A stretch of DNA of 32,000 bases. It comes from Candidatus Iainarchaeum sp. Lineage in GTDB: Archaea; Iainarchaeota; Iainarchaeia; Iainarchaeales; 0-14-0-20-30-16. Below the pieces are notes generated by a model that was not told where the DNA came from, searched no databases, and saw only the letters and a program-made list of their open reading frames with translations. Positions within the stretch are counted from its first letter, which is position 1; every line of letters starts with the position of its first letter. The position numbers and the translations under genes are program-made. The stretch lies in contig JAQTTP010000003.1 of NCBI GenBank assembly GCA_028710695.1, forward strand, positions 1 to 32,000, given 5' to 3'. This document shows positions 24,758-31,284 of this stretch, in pieces.

Positions 24758-25291
24758 TTATTTTTTAGTTAGCCAACTTTTATGTAAGTTTTCGTACAAT
24801 ATTTTTATTTCTTTCCAGGGAGCCGTATTCTTGTCTTCCATAAACGTTATCATTAATTTATATGCCTCTTCTTTTAATAGTTCTCCATCAATCTTTGGCC
24901 AATTATTTTTATACCAATTTTTTAGGCTGTTTTGATTTATGTTCGTAGCGCCGCCATGTGGATCTGGACAGGCAAAAACAATTCTTGAAATTCTATGGAG
25001 TACTGCAGATCCAAGGCACATTAAACAAGGCTCCAAGGTTGTAAATAACTCAATGTTTGCATGATCAGTTTTTATGCTTTTTTTAATTGCTGCGGAACAT
25101 TTTGCCATTAGTTTTGCTTCAGCATGTGATGCCCAATCCATTTTTGTAAGAATAGAATTCCTTGTTTTACCCACCACCTTGTTATTTATTACTAAAACTG
25201 CACCTACTGGATAATCGCCCTTATTTAAGGCCTGCTTTGCTTCTTTTAGGGCAATCTTCATGAATTTTGTGTCGTTAGTTGAGAATGTCAT
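24758..25291 (-). CDS. CDA-fold zinc deaminase (TadA / guanine-cytosine nucleoside deaminase-like, COG0590-type)
   Basis: HAE (SHAEAKLM) and PCxxC (EPCLMCLGAV) zinc/catalytic motifs, plus IVFACPDPHGGA. There is a TATA-like box about 24 nt upstream of the ATG. Confidence 0.85.
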   Translation of the reverse strand: MTFSTNDTKFMKIALKEAKQALNKGDYPVGAVLVINNKVVGKTRNSILTKMDWASHAEAKLMAKCSAAIKKSIKTDHANIELFTTLEPCLMCLGSAVLHRISRIVFACPDPHGGATNINQNSLKNWYKNNWPKIDGELLKEEAYKLMITFMEDKNTAPWKEIKILYENLHKSWLTKK

Positions 25292-25307
25292 AACAAATAT
25301 GTCTTGG

Positions 25308-25322
25308 ATTTATATTATAAAA
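25308..25322 (-). promoter_or_regulatory. TATA-like box for the deaminase gene (leaderless geometry)
   Basis: The minus strand reads TTTTATAATATAAAT, centred about 24 nt upstream of ATG 25291. No SD lies in between. Confidence 0.35.
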
Positions 25323-25349
25323 CTAGCTTGTTAAATTGGTTCAAATAAT

Positions 25350-25378
25350 AAAAAAAGTATAATCTGCCCCGAAGGGCA
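25350..25378 (-). terminator. UUCG-tetraloop hairpin plus U7 tract after csp
   Basis: The minus strand reads TGCCC-TTCG-GGGCA (25378-25365), then 8 nt, then TTTTTTT (25356-25350). Confidence 0.55.
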
Positions 25379-25386
25379 AATTGATC

Positions 25387-25572
25387 TTAAGCTTTAGCAA
25401 CGTTTACTGCTTTAGGGCCTTTTTCTCCCTTTTCTACATCGAAAGTAACTGCTTCATCTTTGTTTATACTTTCCTTTAATCCAGTCTGATGAACAAAGTA
25501 ATCTTTGTTATCTTCTCCAGATATAAATCCGAAACCTTTAGTTTCATTGTAAAATTTTACTACGCCATTCAT
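25387..25572 (-). CDS. csp: Cold-shock domain protein (CspA family)
   Basis: RNP1 KGFGFI and RNP2-like DYFVH. Length 61 aa. Strong SD GGAGGAGaattaaATG. Confidence 0.92.
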   Translation of the reverse strand: MNGVVKFYNETKGFGFISGEDNKDYFVHQTGLKESINKDEAVTFDVEKGEKGPKAVNVAKA

Positions 25573-25685
25573 TTAATTCTCCTCCGAAAAACTTTAGAAA
25601 TAGATTAACTCAATTTGAACTATTAAAATACTTCTATGATTATTGGGCAACAGTGTGCTTTTAAATGCTTTGCTTTTGTTTGTGA

Positions 25686-26507
25686 TTAGATTAGCAGTTT
25701 AGGCCAGAATAATATGATAATCCCTAATACCACCATTATTAGCCCAGTAATTAGCTTTATCCACTGCATTTGCTTCTTTGAAATTGTTTTTTCTTTGAAA
25801 GAATAGATGAACCACCCAGAAATCGCAAGTAACGGGATTACATAAATTAGGCAATATAATAGTATGTAAAGATAATGTGAGAATCCCAAAGCATTTTGTG
25901 ATAAAATTGTTGTATAAATTAATGGTAGCCCAACAGTACAAGGAATCTCAATCATAGAGGTAAATAAAGCCAATAATACACTTGCACCAATTAAACTTAG
26001 GATCGTTCCGGAAGTTATTTTGTCTTTTAATGCTTGTATCTTCCCAGTTACTTTTGCTTTGTCTTTATCTTGTATCATCAAAGTTATGCCTTTTCTGAAC
26101 CAGATAAATTCTTTCCAGTTTATTAGTCCGGCAATTATTGCAATGATTCCCACAATAATTCTTAAAATATCTACAAATCCGATAACGCTCAGAACTGTAA
26201 GCCATGCAGACATGAAAAGGAAATAAATCACAAAAACAACAATGATGAATGATAATGCAACCGCAAGCATCTTTTTTCTTGAATCTGAAACCGAAACAAG
26301 TAAGCTTAGAATCAAACCAAATACAAAAAATGTGCAAGGATTAAAACCATCTAATAGACCAACAAGAATTGTTAAAATTGGCAACGGCAATGAACCAGCA
26401 AAATTCTTTATTGAATCTTGATTTATTAAACTTAAAACTATGAATATAAGTATTATTCCAACAAGTAGGCTTAAACTAATGATTAATCTTTTTTTGTTGG
26501 GAGTCAT
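25686..26507 (-). CDS. CcdA/DsbD-like polytopic membrane thiol-disulfide transporter
   Basis: About 6 hydrophobic helices, with two intramembrane Pro-Cys motifs (LLDGFNPCTFFVF and MIEIPCTVGLPL) as in CcdA/DsbD-type proteins. It lies 7 nt downstream of the thioredoxin-like gene. Confidence 0.6.
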   Translation of the reverse strand: MTPNKKRLIISLSLLVGIILIFIVLSLINQDSIKNFAGSLPLPILTILVGLLDGFNPCTFFVFGLILSLLVSVSDSRKKMLAVALSFIIVVFVIYFLFMSAWLTVLSVIGFVDILRIIVGIIAIIAGLINWKEFIWFRKGITLMIQDKDKAKVTGKIQALKDKITSGTILSLIGASVLLALFTSMIEIPCTVGLPLIYTTILSQNALGFSHYLYILLYCLIYVIPLLAISGWFIYSFKEKTISKKQMQWIKLITGLIMVVLGIIILFWPKLLI

Positions 26508-26514
26508 TAAATGA

Positions 26515-26976
26515 TCACTTTTGCTCTAATGCATATTTACTTAGTGTTTCTAGTAAAGTATTTTCATCCATAAATCCAATATAAGCATCCCCGCCAATTA
26601 TTGTTGTGGGTGTATATTGGAAATCAACCATTAATGTATCTTCAATATAACTTCTTTGTTCTGATTCTGAAACATCATATTTATGGAAAACATAATTTGT
26701 GTCTTGTTCTACTTTTTCAATTGTTTTTAAAAATTCTTTACATGCTCCACAATATTTTGACTCTATAACCACAATCTTGTCTTTTATGTTTCCTGCTTCA
26801 ACATTGGCAGCAGGAATTGGGCCGTCTTTGGCTATAAAAAAAGTCTTTAACACATTACTATCAGAATTTGTGTCATTGTTGCTATTATTTGAATTGCCTG
26901 AAAGTACCATCAAAACTACTATTACTATTACTAATAAAACAAGTACAATTGTGGAGTAAAGATTCTTTTTGTCCAT
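26515..26976 (-). CDS. Membrane-anchored thioredoxin-fold protein (CxxC)
   Basis: N-terminal anchor LYSTIVLVLLVIVIVVLMVL, an N/S-rich linker, then VVIESKYCGACKEF (CGAC active-site-like motif) followed by a Trx-like beta/alpha pattern. Confidence 0.7.
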   Translation of the reverse strand: MDKKNLYSTIVLVLLVIVIVVLMVLSGNSNNSNNDTNSDSNVLKTFFIAKDGPIPAANVEAGNIKDKIVVIESKYCGACKEFLKTIEKVEQDTNYVFHKYDVSESEQRSYIEDTLMVDFQYTPTTIIGGDAYIGFMDENTLLETLSKYALEQK

Positions 26977-26990
26977 AAAGATAACACCCT

Positions 26991-27044
26991 TTATTTATGG
27001 GCCTGAAACAATTTGCCTTTTTTGTAAATTGCTTTCTTGTCCAT
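26991..27044 (-). CDS. Candidate 17-codon upstream ORF (MDKKAIYKKGKLFQAHK) created by duplication of the trx-like gene's initiation region
   Basis: A 20-nt perfect direct repeat TTGTCCATAAAGATAACACC occurs at 26969-26988 and 27037-27056. On the minus strand it reads GGTGTTATCTTTATGGACAA, that is SD plus ATG plus the first codons. The uORF stop TAA (26991-26993) lies 14 nt before the main ATG. Confidence 0.3.
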   Translation of the reverse strand: MDKKAIYKKGKLFQAHK

Positions 27045-27121
27045 AAAGATAACACCTATGGTTTATTAAAAGCTCAACATGTTTAAAAATATATCTCTGT
27101 ACTGTGCAAATTAGGGGGGAA

Positions 27122-29161
27122 TTACTTTTTCTTTAATTCTAATTTTTCAATGGAGAGGTTATGGTTATATTCTCCTTCAGAATGTTTTGTTGATTTTACT
27201 ATTTCTACTTTCTTTTTGAAACTTGGAGAGTCTAAAACAAAGGATTCATACTCTCCGCCTTCTCCTGCAATATTGAAACCGAGCTTTTCGTTTATCTTTT
27301 TAAGTTTTTCCAACATTTTTTTGTCTATCTCTTTTCCAAGATCTTCTTGAGTTAGACCGTGGGCACAAATTTTTGTGATTATTGCTTTTATTCCTCTGCT
27401 TATTAGTTCATTAACTTCTTGTTCTTGGTTTTTGTGCCATAACGGCGCCAAGCATTTTAAACCTAATTTTTCAGTAATAATTTCAATTCTATCTCTTTGA
27501 TATTCTGAAAATATTGCTCCACTTGCAATTGAATTTATATTATATTTTTCTTTTGCAATCTTTATTGCTTTTTCTAATTCTTTTAACTCAAGTTCTTTTT
27601 CTCCTTTTGTTTTTAATACAATAATTGGAATCTCTAATGCCTTTGCCTGAAGTTTTGCTAAAGAAATGTTTGGTGTATGGTACATGTAAGAATCTTTATT
27701 TTTACTATCAATTGTAATTAAACATTTAATATCATAATTCATGCTTTTTAAAATTTCTAAAGTCAAAACAGAATCTTTTCCGCCTGTAAAAAGAATTCCA
27801 ACATTATCATTATTTTTTGAAATATATTTTTTGTAGTATTCTCCTTTTTGTTTTAACTCGCCCTTTGCAAGTTTTGTTATTGCTTTATCAAATCCGCTGC
27901 TAAATTGTGCTGCCTTTCTTGCTCTAAATGCAATTTCTTTTGGGAGATAATCTGATGCAATTTCTCTCAAAATATATTTCTTTATTTTATCCTTTATTTT
28001 GTGCTTTATATCAATATTTATTGCATACTTTACTAGTTCTTTGTCCAGGAGCGGTACTCTAAGCTCAATAGAATTATTCATACAAATTAAATCGTCTCTA
28101 TAAAGGTCTCTGTGGAAAATATTCTTTAAACCATAAAGCCCGTCTTTGTTTGAAGTGTATCTGTCGTATCCAATAAACACATCTTCACTGCCTAATCCAC
28201 TTAGCATAACTTTGATTCCGTCTTTCTTTGCTTCTTTTGTGCAAAAGTAGAATGGTAATGCAACTCCAATTTTTACAGGATCCGATGTTTCTAATATTTT
28301 TATAATTTCTGGCAGTGCTTTAAGAATTTCTTTTTCTGTTGCAATAATTTTTTTTAGTTTTAATCCTAAATGTTTTGCAACAATTTCCGCGTATTTTTCG
28401 TCTTCGCTTTTTGTTATCGCAGACGCAACATAGCAAGTAATATTTTTGTTGTACTTCTTGGCGATTGCTGTTATAATACTTGAATCTACTCCGCCAGAAA
28501 GAAGTATTCCTATTTTCTTGTTTGTGTTTACTCTTTTTTTAACTGCCTGTTCAAGTAGGGCCTTAATGTCCTGTTTTTCTTTGCCTAAGTTTACTTTGCA
28601 GGTTAGTTCTTTGTAAAAATCAATAAAATGAGTATTTGTTTTTTTTGTTTTTAAATTATATTCTAAAATATTTCTTGGGTGTAAATCTTGTGCAGTTTCT
28701 TGTGCGAACTTTGGTAATGCCTTTTTTTCAGATGCAAAATAAAATCCTTTTTTTGTGTTTGAATACCAAATTGGTTTTAACCCAAAAAAATCTCTTGCAA
28801 GTAGGGCAATATTTTTATCAGCATATACAAAAGCGTAATCACCGTCTAATTCTTTAATGGCATCTATATTTTTTTTCTTTAATAATTTAAATAAAAGTTC
28901 AGCATCATTTTTTGCACCAAGTTTGTATTTTTTGTTTAGTTCTTCCCAATTATAAATTTCACAATTAGCAGCTAATATTGCCTCTTTGTCAGATATTGGC
29001 TGTGGAATGTTTTCAACAATAGCAAGTAGGTTTTGTCCAAAGGTAGAATTATTCCAAGAAACGACTTTTGAAGAGTCTGGGCCCCTGTGTTTTAGCACAA
29101 GAAGCATTTCTTTCACAGTTTTCTCATCCTTCTTGTTGATTATTCCTGCTATTCCGCACAT
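27122..29161 (-). CDS. Tripartite fusion: class-II glutamine amidotransferase, asparagine-synthase PP-loop domain, and Dph6-like (diphthine-ammonia ligase / MJ0570-type) PP-loop ATPase domain
   Basis: N-terminus MCGIAGI (Cys2 nucleophile), HRGPD, NCEIYN. AsnB synthetase motif SGGVDS at 28481-28498, with ELRVPLLD and KYILRE downstream. The C-terminal roughly 227 aa carry TGGKDS (27770-27787) and GEGGEYESFVLDSPSF, the hallmarks of the Dph6/ATP-binding-domain-4 family. Confidence 0.85.
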   Translation of the reverse strand: MCGIAGIINKKDEKTVKEMLLVLKHRGPDSSKVVSWNNSTFGQNLLAIVENIPQPISDKEAILAANCEIYNWEELNKKYKLGAKNDAELLFKLLKKKNIDAIKELDGDYAFVYADKNIALLARDFFGLKPIWYSNTKKGFYFASEKKALPKFAQETAQDLHPRNILEYNLKTKKTNTHFIDFYKELTCKVNLGKEKQDIKALLEQAVKKRVNTNKKIGILLSGGVDSSIITAIAKKYNKNITCYVASAITKSEDEKYAEIVAKHLGLKLKKIIATEKEILKALPEIIKILETSDPVKIGVALPFYFCTKEAKKDGIKVMLSGLGSEDVFIGYDRYTSNKDGLYGLKNIFHRDLYRDDLICMNNSIELRVPLLDKELVKYAINIDIKHKIKDKIKKYILREIASDYLPKEIAFRARKAAQFSSGFDKAITKLAKGELKQKGEYYKKYISKNNDNVGILFTGGKDSVLTLEILKSMNYDIKCLITIDSKNKDSYMYHTPNISLAKLQAKALEIPIIVLKTKGEKELELKELEKAIKIAKEKYNINSIASGAIFSEYQRDRIEIITEKLGLKCLAPLWHKNQEQEVNELISRGIKAIITKICAHGLTQEDLGKEIDKKMLEKLKKINEKLGFNIAGEGGEYESFVLDSPSFKKKVEIVKSTKHSEGEYNHNLSIEKLELKKK

Positions 29162-29180
29162 AATGTAAATCAGGTAGGAA

Positions 29181-29191
29181 TTAATTTATAA
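29181..29191 (-). promoter_or_regulatory. TATA-like box for the asnB::dph6-like gene (leaderless geometry)
   Basis: The minus strand reads TTATAAATTAA, centred about 25 nt upstream of ATG 29161. No SD-like purine run lies in between. Confidence 0.35.
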
Positions 29192-29270
29192 GTTTGTTTC
29201 TCTTTTGTCACAAAGGTTTAAATAATTTATGTGTATTACATATATTATGTATGTGCTGGGGGTTGAGATT

Positions 29271-29489
29271 ATGCCTGCGATAACTTTATCAGTTCCACAA
29301 GATTTAAAGTCTGAGATGGATAAATCTAAGTTTATAAACTGGTCCGAAGTTGCTAGAGAAGCGATAAAGGAAAAAGTGGTTCAACTTAGAATTCTTGATG
29401 ATATTGCAAAAAAATCAAAATTGACTGAAAAAGATGCAATAGACATTAGCAAAAAAATAAACCAGGGAATGAGCAAAAGATATAAGTGA
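29271..29489 (+). CDS. vapB: Ribbon-helix-helix (CopG-like) antitoxin
   Basis: MPAITLSVPQDLKSEMDK...NWSEVAREAI shows the beta-strand/helix/helix pattern of RHH proteins. GGGGTTGAGattATG favours ATG 29271 over the track's 29229. The stop lies 4 nt before the PIN gene. Confidence 0.7.
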   Translation: MPAITLSVPQDLKSEMDKSKFINWSEVAREAIKEKVVQLRILDDIAKKSKLTEKDAIDISKKINQGMSKRYK

Positions 29490-29493
29490 TTTT

Positions 29494-29904
29494 ATGGATC
29501 TAGTTATAGATACAAACATACTAATATCTGCTTTAATAAGTAGTAATGGAAAAATAAGAGAACTAATCTTTTCAGATAAATTTAAACTTTTTGCCCCAGA
29601 ATATGTGTTTTTGGAAATCTATGAACATAAACAAGAAATAATCAAAAAAGCAGAACTTTCTGAATCAGAGTTTGAGTTAGCACTTTCTGTATTATTTACG
29701 AAGATTATTATAACTCCTTCTGAAGAAATCAAAGTTTTTTCTGAAAAAGCAAAACAAGTTTGCCCTGATTTTGACGACTGGCCTTTTTTTGCACTGGCTA
29801 TATTGAAGAATATTCCTCTTTGGAGTGATGACAAGGATTTAAAACAACAAGACGTGATAAAAGTGATGTCTACTAAAGAAATAATTGCCCTATTTTTGTC
29901 CTAA
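29494..29904 (+). CDS. vapC: PIN-domain ribonuclease toxin
   Basis: MDLVIDTNILISAL (first acidic residue in the DTN context), plus LEIYEH, PDFDDWPF and WSDDKDL acidic motifs. Length 136 aa. SD AAGTGATtttATG. Confidence 0.8.
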   Translation: MDLVIDTNILISALISSNGKIRELIFSDKFKLFAPEYVFLEIYEHKQEIIKKAELSESEFELALSVLFTKIIITPSEEIKVFSEKAKQVCPDFDDWPFFALAILKNIPLWSDDKDLKQQDVIKVMSTKEIIALFLS

Positions 29905-29948
29905 TACCTAATAATTTCTTTTTAATCTTTCCGCTACATAAAGATATT

Positions 29949-30010
29949 GGAACGATGATGATGTTAACCCCTGCTGAATATGGTGATGATTGATTGGCGG
30001 GCTGAGTTCC
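29949..30010 (+). ncRNA. Archaeal C/D-box sRNA (2'-O-methylation guide), 62 nt
   Basis: 5'-GGAAC g AUGAUGA(C) UGUUAACCCCUG CUGA(D') AUAUG GUGAUGA(C') UUGAUUGGCGGG CUGA(D) GUUCC-3'. Consensus C, D', C' and D boxes, two 12-nt guides, and a perfect 5-bp terminal stem GGAAC/GUUCC. No ORF. Located 44 nt after the PIN gene. Confidence 0.9.
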
Positions 30011-30012
30011 TA

Positions 30013-30046
30013 AGCTTTTTCTTTCTTAAAAAGAAAGGAAAAAGCT
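30013..30046 (+). terminator. Long A/T-rich hairpin immediately 3' of the C/D sRNA
   Basis: AGCTTTTTCTTTCTT-aaa-AAGAAAGGAAAAAGCT forms a 15-bp stem with one bulged G (30037). Confidence 0.45.
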
Positions 30047-30069
30047 ACAGTCTTGCAAAAAGAAAGAAT

Positions 30070-30088
30070 GCAGACCACAAGGGTCTGT
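30070..30088. terminator. Hairpin CAGACC-acaag-GGTCTG in a convergent intergenic region
   Basis: 6-bp stem 30071-30076 / 30082-30087, plus a flanking G-U pair. Its arms share TGCAGAC/GTCTG with the rps10 terminator hairpin. Confidence 0.4.
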
Positions 30089-30096
30089 TTATAAAG

Positions 30097-30120
30097 AAAA
30101 AAAGTGGACGTAAAGTCCAT
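30097..30120 (-). terminator. Hairpin plus U7 tract after the 358-aa minus-strand gene
   Basis: The minus strand reads aTGGAC-TTTAC-GTCCAc (30119-30105), followed directly by TTTTTTT (30103-30097). It starts 19 nt after the stop at 30139. Confidence 0.55.
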
Positions 30121-30138
30121 GTGAACTTTAAAAAATTT

Positions 30139-31215
30139 TTATCTCATTAAATCTTCTTCGTCCATTTCTGATGCAAATTTGTCTAGTTCTTTTGGACCTG
30201 TTCTTACGGCCACATTTAAAATTGCAGTAACATAATTGAACAAAGCTCTTTCAGGAACATTATTTTTTGATCCCCAAGCCACAATTTCTGCTAATTTACT
30301 AAATAAGTAAGTATCACTTATTTGTGCCCCGTATTTTCTTTTATACATTTCTTCTGCAGTTAATAAAGATTCAAAACATTCCAATCTTTTTTCTGGATCT
30401 CTTATTGCAGATAATATTCTGCTTGTTCTATGAAATTCAGGATCTGTTGCCCCGTCATAAAAAGAAAGATTACTTCCTCTTTCTATTGCCTCAAAACTTT
30501 TAGCTACCATTTTTTTCATTGTTTCAATTGGCATGCCTTCACAATATCTTGTAATCTGAGATATTGCATAAAGTACGTTAGAATACCTTCCTTTTAAAAG
30601 TCTGCTATTTTTTGGATAATTATTGCCAATATTATTTAGCCAAAAATAAAACTTTTCTCTTTCTCTTGGGCTTAAATTTGTTCTTGATTCAATTTCTCCA
30701 TGAAAATATTCGCTTAATATGCTAGTAATCCAAGGATCGCGGGAACGTTTTTTTTCGTCATATCTACTAAGTTCTGCTCTTTTTTCTATTGCTGATCTCT
30801 CAAGTTCTCTTAATTTTGCGGCCCTTTCTTGTCTTTTTTTACGTTCCCAAAATTTAAATGTTTTTGCTTCTAACTCTTTTGCTCTTCTACCTTGCTCAGC
30901 AATAACAAAATTCCGTCTTGCATTTTCATCAGTAATTAGTTTATCATAAACTTGTTTTGAAGCATATTGTTCTTTACTTAAAGGTGATGAAATTCTATTT
31001 AATCTATGATTTAACATTTCTAAAATTCGTAATCCTTGTGGTCTGTTTACTCTTCCTACTTCTATTCCTTTTGTTACTGCTTGTATCTGTCTTTGTATTT
31101 GTGATACAACTTTACGTCTTTGAGTTTCTAGTTGAACTGGTCGTAGTTTGTGTATTTCAAATATTTTTTCTTTGGGCAATTCTCGTCTTTCTAGTTCTCT
31201 TACTCTGACAGCCAT
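30139..31215 (-). CDS. Hypothetical protein (358 aa): R/K/E/Q-rich coiled-coil-like N-terminal half, globular helical C-terminal half, acidic tail
   Basis: Long ORF with a terminator-like hairpin downstream and a TATA-like box (minus-strand TATTTATTAG, 31238-31247) about 27 nt upstream of the ATG. I recognise no motif. Confidence 0.7.
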   Translation of the reverse strand: MAVRVRELERRELPKEKIFEIHKLRPVQLETQRRKVVSQIQRQIQAVTKGIEVGRVNRPQGLRILEMLNHRLNRISSPLSKEQYASKQVYDKLITDENARRNFVIAEQGRRAKELEAKTFKFWERKKRQERAAKLRELERSAIEKRAELSRYDEKKRSRDPWITSILSEYFHGEIESRTNLSPREREKFYFWLNNIGNNYPKNSRLLKGRYSNVLYAISQITRYCEGMPIETMKKMVAKSFEAIERGSNLSFYDGATDPEFHRTSRILSAIRDPEKRLECFESLLTAEEMYKRKYGAQISDTYLFSKLAEIVAWGSKNNVPERALFNYVTAILNVAVRTGPKELDKFASEMDEEDLMR

Positions 31216-31284
31216 AATTAATATAGTTTTGAAAACTAATAAATACTTATTGTGTCATATAATGTCTTTGAATGGGGTAAAAAT

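Noticed and set aside
24705-24935. 76-aa plus-strand ORF overlapping the deaminase 3' end.
   Set aside because: It is antisense to a gene with clear HAE/PCxxC motifs, has low-complexity I/L/F/S composition, and has no RBS.
29905-30138. ORF-free 234-nt gap examined for a tRNA or CRISPR remnant.
   Set aside because: No cloverleaf and no spaced direct repeats are present. The GC-richer core is fully explained by a C/D-box sRNA plus hairpins.
30957-31208. 83-aa L/F/V-rich plus-strand ORF that looks like a membrane peptide.
   Set aside because: It is antisense to the R/K/E-rich N-terminus of the 358-aa gene, so the hydrophobicity is a complement artefact of AAG/GAA/AGA-rich codons.
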